Shown: piece by piece, positions 37,453-47,053 of the stretch
Layout: each line of letters starts with the position of its first letter
Position numbering within the stretch: position 1 is the stretch's first letter
Assembly: GCA_038727135.1 (NCBI GenBank)
Contig: JAVYWL010000003.1
Span: 1-64,000 of the forward strand
DNA from: Candidatus Bathyarchaeia archaeon
Lineage (GTDB): Archaea > Thermoproteota > Bathyarchaeia > Bathyarchaeales > Bathycorpusculaceae
Direction of reading: 5' to 3'
DNA length: 64,000 bases
Position numbers and translations under genes: made by a program
The notes under the pieces: generated by a model
Seen by the model: the letters and a program-made list of their open reading frames with translations, nothing else
What the model was told of the DNA's origin: nothing
The model's database searches: none

Positions 37453-39353
37453 CAGACGAAATAGACTATGGGCGAATAGGCTTAAAAGTGGGCTTGGAAG
37501 TCCACCAGCAACTAGAAACGCAGACGAAGCTTTTCTGCAGCTGCAAACCAGAACTCTTCAAAGAAGAACCAGAAATCACCTTCCTAAGGCGCTTGAGACC
37601 AACCCAAAGCGAACTCGGACAAATAGACCCAGCCGCCTACTTCGAATTCCAAAAAGGAGTAAAAATCCTATACGAGGCTGACAGGCACACTGCCTGCCTA
37701 GTAGAAATGGATGAGGAGCCACCCCACCCGCTGAACATGGAGGCTGTTGAAATAGCCCTAACAGTGGCTTTAATGATGAACGCCACGCCAGTAGACGAAA
37801 TCCACGTCATGCGCAAGACAGTCATAGACGGCTCCAACACGACGGGTTTCCAACGCACATGTATCATAGCCCTAAACGGCTCAATAAAAGTTGGCCAAAA
37901 AACAGTCCCAATACAGCACATAAGCCTAGAGGAGGACGCAGCCAGAAAAACAGGCGAGGAAGGCACAACCATGCGCTACCGCATAGACCGACTGGGCATA
38001 CCACTGATCGAAATCGCCACAGCGCCGGTCATAAACACGCCAAAGGAGGCTGGCGAAGTAGCCCTAGCCATAGGCAAGATTCTCCGAGCCACCCAACGAG
38101 TAAAACGTGGATTGGGCACAATACGCCAAGACCTAAACATATCAATAAACGGCGGAGCCCTAACAGAAATAAAGGGCGTCCAAGAACTCGAACTGATCCC
38201 GCTGGTTGTCGAATACGAGGTGCAAAGGCAACTAAACCTGATGAAAATAAGCGAAGAACTTAGAAAAGCGGGAGCCAGCCCGGAAGCCCTAAAAGAAGAA
38301 TTTTTCAATGTAACGGAGGTTTTCCGCCAAACAGCCTGCAAGGTAATCCGAAAAGCCCTAGAAAAGGGACATGTAGTTTTAGCCGTAAAACTGCCAAGGT
38401 TTGGAGGTTTCCTAAAGCGCGAGCTTATGCCCGGCATACGCCTAGGCACAGAAATGGCTGACCGCGCAAGGTTCTGGGGACGAGTCGGCGGAATATTCCA
38501 CACCGACGAGCTCCCAGCTTACGGCATAACAAATCAAGAAGTTGAAGCCTTGAAAAAGGCGGTGGACGCCCAAGAACAAGACGCAGTGGTATTTGTAGCT
38601 GACACGCTGGAAAATGCTGAAGACGCTTTAAGGGCTGTTTTGGAAAGAGCAAAAGAAGCCATAAAAGGCGTGCCAGAAGAAACCAGAGCCGCAAACCCGG
38701 ATGGAACAACCCGTTACATGCGCCCAAGACCAGGGGCCGCCCGCATGTACCCAGAAACTGACATTCCACCCATACAAGTGACGGAAGAACTCATAAACTG
38801 CATCCGCCAGCGCCTACCAGAACTCCCAGAGCAAAGGCTTGAGAGGCTTATGCGTGAATACGTACTAAACCAGAAGCTAGCCAAACAGCTCATGGATTCA
38901 GAATACACAGAACTCTTCGAAACCATAGCCAAAGAAAGCAAAGTCTCACCAACAACAGTGGCTGTCTTCCTAACAGAGACTATGAAAGCCCTAAAACGCG
39001 ACGGCCTACCAGTCGAAAAAGTTTCAGAAGCAAAAATAAGAGAAGTCTTCAAAGCCCTTGGAGCCGGGGAAATCACGAAAGAGGCTCTTCCAGACATAGT
39101 TGCTTGGCTTTCAAAAAATGAGGAGAAAACTGTGAAGGAAGCTATTGAAAGCCTAGGATTAAAGACTATGCCGAAAGAAGAGCTGGAAAAAATAATAGAC
39201 GACACCATAGCAAAAAACAAGGATTTAATCGAAAAGAGCGGGGCAAAAGCCTTCGGCATAATCATGGGGATTGTCATGAAAGAAGTTAGGGGTAAAGCCA
39301 ACGCCGAAATCGTCAGCGAGCTAATCAAGCAGAAGTTGGCAAGAAGGGCTTAG
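37449..39353 (+). CDS. gatE: Glu-tRNA(Gln) amidotransferase subunit E
   Basis: GLKVGLEVHQQL, DGSNTTGFQRT, RMYPETD; GTGA overlap with gatD. Confidence 0.97.
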   Translation: MTDEIDYGRIGLKVGLEVHQQLETQTKLFCSCKPELFKEEPEITFLRRLRPTQSELGQIDPAAYFEFQKGVKILYEADRHTACLVEMDEEPPHPLNMEAVEIALTVALMMNATPVDEIHVMRKTVIDGSNTTGFQRTCIIALNGSIKVGQKTVPIQHISLEEDAARKTGEEGTTMRYRIDRLGIPLIEIATAPVINTPKEAGEVALAIGKILRATQRVKRGLGTIRQDLNISINGGALTEIKGVQELELIPLVVEYEVQRQLNLMKISEELRKAGASPEALKEEFFNVTEVFRQTACKVIRKALEKGHVVLAVKLPRFGGFLKRELMPGIRLGTEMADRARFWGRVGGIFHTDELPAYGITNQEVEALKKAVDAQEQDAVVFVADTLENAEDALRAVLERAKEAIKGVPEETRAANPDGTTRYMRPRPGAARMYPETDIPPIQVTEELINCIRQRLPELPEQRLERLMREYVLNQKLAKQLMDSEYTELFETIAKESKVSPTTVAVFLTETMKALKRDGLPVEKVSEAKIREVFKALGAGEITKEALPDIVAWLSKNEEKTVKEAIESLGLKTMPKEELEKIIDDTIAKNKDLIEKSGAKAFGIIMGIVMKEVRGKANAEIVSELIKQKLARRA

Positions 39354-39356
39354 GCT

Positions 39357-40058
39357 TTATCTGTACTTTTCCAGTGGAATTACTTTCTCTTGCACAGGCT
39401 TTAGGGTTTCACCACAGTACGGGCAGATTTTAAACTCTGGAAGTATGGGTTTGCCACATGCGAAACAAACCTTCGGATAATGAAGTTTCTCCTCAAAGCT
39501 CTTAATCTCCCTTTTCAGGTGGCTTAACTCAGCCTTAATTTTTTCCAAGCCCTCCTTTAGGGGCTGAATTTCCTTAACTTCGGCGCGAATGTTGTAGATT
39601 ACATCCTTAACGTGGGATAAGATTTCGTTATTCATTTCAACGGTCTCGTTCATGGCGTCTAACAACTCGCTTTTCTGTTCTAAAAGTTGGGATTCAACCG
39701 TGCTCTGTTTTTTTGCGTCAGAGAGCACCTTGTTTAGGAAGGCTTCAACGGGGTTTTGGAAGGCTATGGCGCATGTTATGCCCCACAATATGAAGGTGGC
39801 TGTGGCGCTTATGAGGAAGTATATGGGCGGCGTTATAACCTCAAGCTTTTCTTTGGCTACCGGATAGAGCTGTAGGAGAACTATGGGTTTGTTGAAGAAT
39901 AGGGCGTTTGCGGCGTCGATTAGGTGGGCTGCTGCTATAGCTGTTAGTGTGCTGAAAATCCAGACGCCCATTCCCTTTTTTGTCAAGGCGTTTGCCTCTT
40001 CATTTGAATAGTGCATCTTAATATTTAATATGATATTTCCGCCTCCGAAATATATCAA
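39357..40058 (-). CDS. two-TM coiled-coil protein with C-terminal zinc ribbon
   Basis: TM helices, heptad region, CFAC...CPYC; start uncertain. Confidence 0.7.
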   Translation of the reverse strand: MIYFGGGNIILNIKMHYSNEEANALTKKGMGVWIFSTLTAIAAAHLIDAANALFFNKPIVLLQLYPVAKEKLEVITPPIYFLISATATFILWGITCAIAFQNPVEAFLNKVLSDAKKQSTVESQLLEQKSELLDAMNETVEMNNEILSHVKDVIYNIRAEVKEIQPLKEGLEKIKAELSHLKREIKSFEEKLHYPKVCFACGKPILPEFKICPYCGETLKPVQEKVIPLEKYR

Positions 40059-40101
40059 AACACGTAAATTCTAAAAGGAGAACACCACCAATCATATAGG
40101 T

Positions 40102-40617
40102 GTGATAGGTTTGAGTGGGAAGGCGGCGGCGAAACCACCGGAGGGAGAATTTTCATTCCGCGTTAAGGTCGGCGACTACGAGGTTGAAGTGAAGGGTTTA
40201 AAGGACGACGTATTGGAGACTATTCGCGAATTGCCAAACCTCATGCCGGAAGTCAGCAGAGCCTTCGAAAACCTAAAGCCAAAAAACGCAGCCACAGTCA
40301 TTGTTAAGACTCCTGTTTCAACGGTTAAGGAGGAACCCCCAATGGAGAAGTACCCAAAAATTCCAAAGGTGGAGAACTGTAGCGAAGCCATTCTAAAAAT
40401 TCTTGAAAGCGACTGGGGTAAGTGGCGTCCAAGAACTCTAGCAGAGCTTAAGGCTGCTTTGACAGCCAACAACCTACATTTTCCGGGGCGAACTTTGGCT
40501 GGGGACCTTTTGGGTCTTGTGCAGAAGGGCGTTGTTAGGCGTTGGAAAACTGATAAGGGTTATGTTTACATCCTAGCCGAAAGGGAGGTTTTAGCCCAAA
40601 AGGAGGAAACAGCGTGA
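40102..40617 (+). CDS. beta-hairpin + winged-helix protein (type A1)
   Basis: FRVKVGDYEVEVKG N-terminus; PRTLAEL...LVQKGVVRR wHTH. Confidence 0.8.
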   Translation: MIGLSGKAAAKPPEGEFSFRVKVGDYEVEVKGLKDDVLETIRELPNLMPEVSRAFENLKPKNAATVIVKTPVSTVKEEPPMEKYPKIPKVENCSEAILKILESDWGKWRPRTLAELKAALTANNLHFPGRTLAGDLLGLVQKGVVRRWKTDKGYVYILAEREVLAQKEETA

Positions 40618-41087
40618 AAAGAGTTGAAGTTCACATTAAGACATCTTTCGGCGAGATAGTTGTTGAGGGAGAAAACCCCCAAGAAGTTTTAAGCCTACTG
40701 GAGGCTTTTCCAAAGGATTTTGTGGAAAACATTTCAAACATGGTTTCCAGCAAACTTGTCCCATCAGCGGCGGTCCAACTGAGAGGCATAATAGAGTTTA
40801 CCACTGAAGGTCCTGTGCTTGTCGCGCGTGAGAGGCTTACCCATTATGAGGCTATCGGGCTTATACTATACGCCTCTGAAAGTAGGCAAAACACGGCCAC
40901 ACAAATCCAGAAGCTTCTAGAGTCCAGCGGAATAAAATGCATGGTTCCAGCCCGCCTCAATGAGATGGTTAAGCGTGGTCAAGTGTTTAAGCCAGACCCG
41001 AAGAGGCCGGAGTTTAAGTTGACTGTTCAAGGCGAGAGATGGATTGAGGATGAGGTTTTAGCCAAGCTTAGAGGGAAGATGGCTTGA
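40614..41087 (+). CDS. beta-hairpin + winged-helix protein (type B1)
   Basis: VHIKTSFGEIVVEG; ARLNEMVKRG...FKLTVQG. Confidence 0.8.
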   Translation: MKRVEVHIKTSFGEIVVEGENPQEVLSLLEAFPKDFVENISNMVSSKLVPSAAVQLRGIIEFTTEGPVLVARERLTHYEAIGLILYASESRQNTATQIQKLLESSGIKCMVPARLNEMVKRGQVFKPDPKRPEFKLTVQGERWIEDEVLAKLRGKMA

Positions 41088-41596
41088 TAAGCCACCAGAA
41101 GCAGATAGCGGTTCATGTGAAGTATGGTGATGCTGAATACACTTTCTCTGGCAGTGTTGAAGAGGTTTGGGCTGCCCTAAACAAGTTTTTCAGCGAGTTT
41201 ATCCCAGCCTTCCAAATAGCGAAGGCTCTGGTTTTGAGTGTTGACTTGCAAAGGCTTGCTGAAGACTGTAAGGGTTTGATTGGCTTTGCCGATAACCTGC
41301 CGCACTTGTTGGTTTCTAAGGAAAAGTTGACAGACAATGAGACTTTGGCACTGCACCTCTTAGCCGCCCATCTGGGGTTTAGGCTTGGCATGCTGAAAAC
41401 GGATGTTCTAACAAGGGAGGAACTTCAAGCCAAGCTGGGCAAGAATCCGAAGATAACCAGCACACGCCTCGGCGAGCTTGTTAAGGCTGAAATAGCCGAG
41501 AAAACAGGTGAGGGCAGCTATCGCATAACAAGCTTTGGTATTGTGCAGATGCAGAGGGAATGGCTCCCAAGAATTAAGGCTAAGTTAGGCTTGTAG
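41084..41596 (+). CDS. beta-hairpin + winged-helix protein (type B2)
   Basis: VHVKYGDAEYTFSG; TRLGELVK...YRITSFG. Confidence 0.8.
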   Translation: MISHQKQIAVHVKYGDAEYTFSGSVEEVWAALNKFFSEFIPAFQIAKALVLSVDLQRLAEDCKGLIGFADNLPHLLVSKEKLTDNETLALHLLAAHLGFRLGMLKTDVLTREELQAKLGKNPKITSTRLGELVKAEIAEKTGEGSYRITSFGIVQMQREWLPRIKAKLGL

Positions 41597-42205
41597 GAGT
41601 TTTTCTTCATCCTTAACTATTTCGTCTGAGCATAGGTATGCGACTAGTTTTTGGCTTATAACTGGTGTTCCATTCTTCAGCGGGTAAGCGTATGGCAGAT
41701 AAACCTCAGCATACTCGTTCAGCCTCAAAGTTAAGCCCTTTTTAACGGGTATTTTTTCCAGTGGTTTTCCTTCGCTTGCAAGCTTTGCCACATAAACGGC
41801 TCCGTCAATGGAGAATTGGGCTTTTCCGATGTTTCGAACAGTGGCTTTTGGAAAATGCTTTGTTAAGAGTTTGCCTGTTCTACCTTTCGGCGGGTAGTCG
41901 CCCAAAATTCCGCCGATGATAATGGTCGTTTTTCCAATAAAGTCTTCTGGTTTTAGTGGAAGTTTGGCTTTTGGGTCTAGAATTATGACTTCTTCTGGAT
42001 TGAAGATTTCTGCGGCGCTTTTCTCTTCAACGGTACCGAGCCTTGAAAGTTTTGCTTTGTCGCTTTCTTTTTTGACATTGGTGAAGATTAAGCGATTTTT
42101 TCCAACGATTTCAGAAGCATGCATATACTCATAGAGGAGCCACTTGCCAATTTCTTGTTCCAAGTGTTCAATCACGAAGATTGGCTTAATGGTGCATTTT
42201 TGCAT
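41585..42205 (-). CDS. Sfm1/DUF431-like SPOUT methyltransferase
   Basis: FVIEHLE...WLLYEY, LDP, GGILGDYPPKGRT, QFSIDGAV. Confidence 0.8.
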   Translation of the reverse strand: MQKCTIKPIFVIEHLEQEIGKWLLYEYMHASEIVGKNRLIFTNVKKESDKAKLSRLGTVEEKSAAEIFNPEEVIILDPKAKLPLKPEDFIGKTTIIIGGILGDYPPKGRTGKLLTKHFPKATVRNIGKAQFSIDGAVYVAKLASEGKPLEKIPVKKGLTLRLNEYAEVYLPYAYPLKNGTPVISQKLVAYLCSDEIVKDEEKLLQA

Positions 42206-42309
42206 GGCAAGTCACATTTGGCTCTTGTTGTATTTATGGCGGTTTTTGGTTTTCAAGCGTTTCCTTTTTATGTACCAGCATGCACTATGGTGAATGTCGA
42301 GGGTGAGTC

Positions 42310-43206
42310 TTGACGGCTTCAAGGAAGCTCTATTATTTTCTTTTCGCTGTTGCCATACTTGTTTTGCTTTGGATTTTAACCCTTCCAGCCATACTGCCAG
42401 AAGATATACGCAAGGCGTACTTAACCTACTTCAACATTATCAGGGCGATAACAATTGTTGTTTTTGGAGCCTTAGCCCTTGAACTGGTGGCTTCGGTCAT
42501 AACTCGTAGGCTTAAACATTTGGGCAGAGAAGTATACCTCATTAGGAACGTTATCCTCGTCGTCGGTTATGTGGTTATTGGGCTTATGATTTTGGCGGTT
42601 TTTGAGGTGACGGGCATAACTGCAGTTGCAGGCGCCACCGTCTCCGGTCTCATAATTGGTTTGGGCTTACAGCCCATACTGGCGAACTTGTTTGCAGGCT
42701 TAATCATTCTTGGAACAGGCTTCCTCAGACCAGGAACAGAGGTGAAGATTTCTGGCGGTTTGCCACTGTCCGCTGTGGCTTTCCCAGCCTATAAAATGTT
42801 TAGCAGGGACGAGTTTATGCCAACATTGAGGGGAGTTGTGATGGAGGTGGGACTTCTCCACACTAAAATCTTGTCTGACGGCGGAGAAATTGTGAAAATC
42901 CCCAACAATTTGGCTTTCTCCAACAGCGTTGTCATGGAGGAGAAGGAAGAGCCAAAAACAGTCCGCGTGCGATACGAGTTTCCAGTGGAATACGACCCAG
43001 ACAATGTGCTGGCTAAACTCCAGAAGGCTTTAGGCAAAAGCTTCCAAGATTTTAGGGTTTACGTCGAAGAGCAAAGCGACAAAAACTACTACATCGTCCT
43101 AGTAGTGGCAAAAACCCCACCAAACGTGAAAGTGAGAGAGTTCCGGTCAGAAATCCTGAAACAAATAATAAAGGTTCACAGAGAGCTGAACAAAGAGCAA
43201 AAGTAA
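42310..43206 (+). CDS. MscS mechanosensitive channel family protein
   Basis: IIGLGLQPILANLFAG, IPN motif. Confidence 0.85.
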   Translation: MTASRKLYYFLFAVAILVLLWILTLPAILPEDIRKAYLTYFNIIRAITIVVFGALALELVASVITRRLKHLGREVYLIRNVILVVGYVVIGLMILAVFEVTGITAVAGATVSGLIIGLGLQPILANLFAGLIILGTGFLRPGTEVKISGGLPLSAVAFPAYKMFSRDEFMPTLRGVVMEVGLLHTKILSDGGEIVKIPNNLAFSNSVVMEEKEEPKTVRVRYEFPVEYDPDNVLAKLQKALGKSFQDFRVYVEEQSDKNYYIVLVVAKTPPNVKVREFRSEILKQIIKVHRELNKEQK

Positions 43207-43516
43207 TCATAAGTGTTCCGCCGCCATTTTTTGGAAATATACAATTTAGGAAGCTTTCAATTGTTAAATTGATAGCCCCTCTATAGATTTTTGGCTTATT
43301 GATTGATAGCTATTCTTCCATGAAAGGTTTTGCACTATAGTAAGACGCGCCCGCTCCCATGAGGAATATGATGAAAGCTATTATTAATACGAATCACTGG
43401 TTCTAAAAACAGCTAACAGTATCGCGAAAGTCATTAGGAAAAGGGCGAGTATCATTATGGGCACTTTGCGGGTGCGGATATAAGCGTTCCAAACCAAGCG
43501 CACGCACCATTAAAAC

Positions 43517-43921
43517 TTATGGTGGTGGTCTTTTTTGTGCGTATCGGTATCTTCGGGGTTTTCCGTCTCTTGTTAGGATGCCGTCTTTAACTAGGTCTAT
43601 TAGGGCGTGGGCTACCGCCGTCCGGTCGTAGTGGAACCCGCGTTTTGCCATTTCGCTATGGACTTCGCTTAGGGTTTTTGGTGTGGCGAACCAGCCTTCT
43701 TCCCATAGTTTTTGTATGACTCCTTTGCATGTTTCTGCTCTTGGGGGTGGTGGTTGGCGTTCTGTTAGGGCTAGTGGCGCCTGTTTCAGTTTTTCTGTTA
43801 CCGTTGATAGTATGCGGTCCACTGCTGCTTGTAGTTGTTCTTCTTGGCATTCTATTTCGAATTCTATGTCACCTACTCGCATTTTTACTCGTATGGGTGG
43901 TTTTTGTGGTGGTTGTGTCAA
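43517..43921 (-). CDS. beta-hairpin + winged-helix protein (type A2)
   Basis: RVKMRVGDIEFEIE; PKTLSEV...LVKDGILTR; TTG start after GGTGA. Confidence 0.8.
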   Translation of the reverse strand: MTQPPQKPPIRVKMRVGDIEFEIECQEEQLQAAVDRILSTVTEKLKQAPLALTERQPPPPRAETCKGVIQKLWEEGWFATPKTLSEVHSEMAKRGFHYDRTAVAHALIDLVKDGILTRDGKPRRYRYAQKRPPP

Positions 43922-44071
43922 TTTTTCACCTTGTTGAATATTGAATTGTGCATCTTGTTCATGCACAACACTTATATATCCCTGCCGCCAACAACTGCAT
44001 GTTGGTGAATCTTGGTGATTGAACAATACACTATAACAGCAACACCAAAATATAATTTTCCACAATCAACC

Positions 44072-45109
44072 ATGGACTTAACGCTACCCCAACGCTTCAT
44101 AGAACTAAGCCTCCACTCACTAAAACACATGCAAAACCAAACCTTTCAACTAAACCAACAAACAATTCAACAAACCGCCAACAACCCAAGCCAAGAACCC
44201 CTATACGCCATTCTAAACAACAGCCTAAAACCCATACCACTAACACCAAGGACAGAGGAAACAACAATAGCCGCGGTGGACACATCAAGCATCAAGCTGG
44301 GCGAAACAAGCACAGGAATAATAACAGCCATCCGCGGAACATGCATATGGAAAAGGGGCAAAAGCTACGCTTATCTGCGCATAGGACCCTTCATATTCCA
44401 CATAACAGAAGAAAATCTAAAAGATGTTTATAGGGCGTTGCAAGCCGCCTATTTCCCAGAGCAAGGCGAAAGCCAAGGCACACCAAACATTATGCAGACA
44501 CCAGTGCGGATGGCAAACCTACTGGAAAAGTGGCTCCAACAAACCCTAACAAAAACCGTCAGTAATGGGCTAATACTTTTTGACGGCTCTTTGACGGCGG
44601 GAACACCAGACACACCGACAAGCCAGCTGAAGGAAATCCTAAACAATGCCAGGGCGGCGGGCAACACTGTTTTGGCTTTTTCAAAAATGACCACTTTAAG
44701 GTTTAATGGCTACCTAATAACTGACACGCTAATAACCCAAAAACCTCCATGCATAATCGCCATCCCAAACATCAAGCCTAAACCGCCAACAGTTCTGCTG
44801 GGCGAAGTTTATGTAGCGAAATTAACACGAGGGAACTGCACCTTTAGGCTTGACATAGATAAGGAAACACCACCAGAAAAACGAGTGGAGGCTGTTGAAA
44901 GGCTCATTGGAAACGACTTGGTGACGCAGAGCTATCCGGAAACCCTACGTTTAGCGCATATCCTCTGCACTTTTACGGCAAACGAGGTCATAGCCATGCA
45001 ACACTTTATCCAGCACCGTTACCGCCTGAAAATCATCGAGCGTCCAGACATGCACCGGCTTTTGTTCGGACCCTTTGGGAAGGGGGAAAGCCACAGTGAG
45101 GCTTTATAA
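44072..45109 (+). CDS. nurA: NurA-family nuclease
   Basis: AAVDTSS, LFDGSL, AFSK, FRLD, YPETLRLAH; start uncertain. Confidence 0.8.
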   Translation: MDLTLPQRFIELSLHSLKHMQNQTFQLNQQTIQQTANNPSQEPLYAILNNSLKPIPLTPRTEETTIAAVDTSSIKLGETSTGIITAIRGTCIWKRGKSYAYLRIGPFIFHITEENLKDVYRALQAAYFPEQGESQGTPNIMQTPVRMANLLEKWLQQTLTKTVSNGLILFDGSLTAGTPDTPTSQLKEILNNARAAGNTVLAFSKMTTLRFNGYLITDTLITQKPPCIIAIPNIKPKPPTVLLGEVYVAKLTRGNCTFRLDIDKETPPEKRVEAVERLIGNDLVTQSYPETLRLAHILCTFTANEVIAMQHFIQHRYRLKIIERPDMHRLLFGPFGKGESHSEAL

Positions 45110-46574
45110 AAAAGAGGGCAACATAGTCCAAATCCTAAGCTTCCCGAATGAAACCGCAGAAAAAGGCGATTACCTACTAATTGAAGATGCCGAATCCCAA
45201 AAAGCCCTAATAGTCCAAGTAATAGATATACAATTCGCAAACATACCAGGCGTCTTGGAAGAGCTTTTACGCAGTCTCCCAGACGGCGGCGAAATAATCC
45301 AAGGCGAAGATGTTGATCCGCTGGAAATAGCGCCCCACATAACCTACATACAAGATTCTAAGCTTTTAATCTGCAAGATTCGCGCAACGGTTGAGGGCGG
45401 CGAAAGCCTAAGCCCAAGCAGTTCCTGGCTTCCATCCCGGTCGCAGTCCACCATCAAAAGGCTTCCAATTTCAACTTTGCTAAAGCTGGCAAGGGTGGAC
45501 GGAAAACTCCCAATAGTTTTAGGCACCACAAAAGAGGCTTCGCTTCTAACCGTGGATGCTTCAGCCTTGGATGGACGCCTAAACATAATAACTGGCAAAA
45601 AGGAGACAGGCAAGTCGCACCTTTCAAAGTTATTAATAACAGCGCTGCTTCACTACGGCGCCACGGTCGTCGTCTTAGACCTGAACGGCGAGTATGCGGG
45701 TTTGGGCATGACTTCAGATGGGAAAAGAAACGCCTACTACCATAAGGTTCATGTTTTGACGCCTTCCCAAAACTTTAAGGTTGCCCTAAAACAGCTCCAT
45801 CTCAACGAGCTAATGAATATTCTTATTCACGCATTGCACCTGCCTGGAACATCAGCCCGCGAGTTTCGCCGGATATGGCAGTCTTTAAGGGAGCGGAACG
45901 CCCTAACCCTCAACGAGCTTGGGGAAGCCATCCGCAACTGGCACTGCAACCAGAACGTACGTGACGCGCTTTTTTCACGCTATTATGCTATGGTTAATTC
46001 CGGCTTTTTCACAGACAACATGGCAGAAGCCACACTTTTGGAGGAGTGCTTGTCAAAGGCAAAAGATGAAGGCGGAGCCATAATAATCAATCTTCGGGAC
46101 ACATCCACCATTGATAGGCAAATAGTTGTGGAGTATCTTCTCGGAAAACTTGTCGAGCTATTATCAAGTTGGAGGCTTAGGGCTGTTTTCCTATTCGCCG
46201 AGGAAGCCCACCTATATCTGCGGGAAACCTACTGGGACGACATTGTAACTCGGATGCGCCACTACGGCATATTCACAACCTTCATAACAAACCAGCCCGA
46301 CACAATACGGGAAAACATTTACCGCCAAGCAGACAACATATTCCTCTTCAACTTCACCAACGAACACGACCTAGAAACAGTCTCCCGCGCGGCACGAGTA
46401 GACGCGGAAACAGTAAAATCCATAGCCATGGACCTGCCGCCCCATCACTGCCTAGTGCTCGGCAAAATTGTAAAAGACTTCCCAATAGTCGTTAAAGTCC
46501 GAGCCTTAGACGTAAAAACTATGGGGGAAACCCGCCTATTCTTCACAGACGCAAAAATCAAGAACACGAATTAA
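45096..46574 (+). CDS. herA: HerA-like ATPase/helicase
   Basis: HAS-barrel-like N-terminus, GKKETGKS, LDLNGEY, EEAH, RMRHYG, ITNQP. Confidence 0.85.
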   Translation: MRLYKKEGNIVQILSFPNETAEKGDYLLIEDAESQKALIVQVIDIQFANIPGVLEELLRSLPDGGEIIQGEDVDPLEIAPHITYIQDSKLLICKIRATVEGGESLSPSSSWLPSRSQSTIKRLPISTLLKLARVDGKLPIVLGTTKEASLLTVDASALDGRLNIITGKKETGKSHLSKLLITALLHYGATVVVLDLNGEYAGLGMTSDGKRNAYYHKVHVLTPSQNFKVALKQLHLNELMNILIHALHLPGTSAREFRRIWQSLRERNALTLNELGEAIRNWHCNQNVRDALFSRYYAMVNSGFFTDNMAEATLLEECLSKAKDEGGAIIINLRDTSTIDRQIVVEYLLGKLVELLSSWRLRAVFLFAEEAHLYLRETYWDDIVTRMRHYGIFTTFITNQPDTIRENIYRQADNIFLFNFTNEHDLETVSRAARVDAETVKSIAMDLPPHHCLVLGKIVKDFPIVVKVRALDVKTMGETRLFFTDAKIKNTN

Positions 46575-47007
46575 GCTTTTCAAGCCTTGGCATGTTCCGC
46601 TGGAGGAAAGCTCTCAAAGTCTTTGTCAAATCGTATTTTTCCGCCTCAGCCAAAGGAACCCAGCGGAGTTCTGCGGCGTCGTCCGCCGCCCGCATTTCTC
46701 CACCCTTAAGCTTCACAAAATAGTCTATTATGACGAAGTGGTATTTCACCTCGCCATTTTCGTCTCGGACAATATTGTCAACAACATCAATAAGCTCCGG
46801 ATCAGCCACAACTAGCCCTGTCTCCTCCTTAACCTCGCGGATAACGGCGTCTTCCGCCCTCTCACCAAGCTCCACCAAACCGCCAGGAACACTCCACTTA
46901 CCCCTACCAGGCTCGCCCTTACGCTTTTCCAACAAAATTTTCCCGTCACAGATTATTATGGCTCCTACGCCGACCACCGGTTGGCTTGGATAAAAGCGCC
47001 GAACCAC
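46558..47007 (-). CDS. Nudix hydrolase
   Basis: GGLVELGERAEDAVIREVKEETG Nudix box. Confidence 0.95.
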   Translation of the reverse strand: MVRRFYPSQPVVGVGAIIICDGKILLEKRKGEPGRGKWSVPGGLVELGERAEDAVIREVKEETGLVVADPELIDVVDNIVRDENGEVKYHFVIIDYFVKLKGGEMRAADDAAELRWVPLAEAEKYDLTKTLRAFLQRNMPRLEKLNSCS

Positions 47008-47053
47008 GCCAAAACCCTTTCACGCATTATTCCCTTTTAATTCTTAAACTTTC

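Noticed and set aside
40102-41596. ESCRT-II (Vps22/25/36) assignment for the wHTH trio
   Set aside because: Each protein shows one clear wHTH plus a beta-hairpin N-terminus rather than tandem wHTHs, and no ESCRT-III or Vps4 gene is nearby; not supportable without a structure search.
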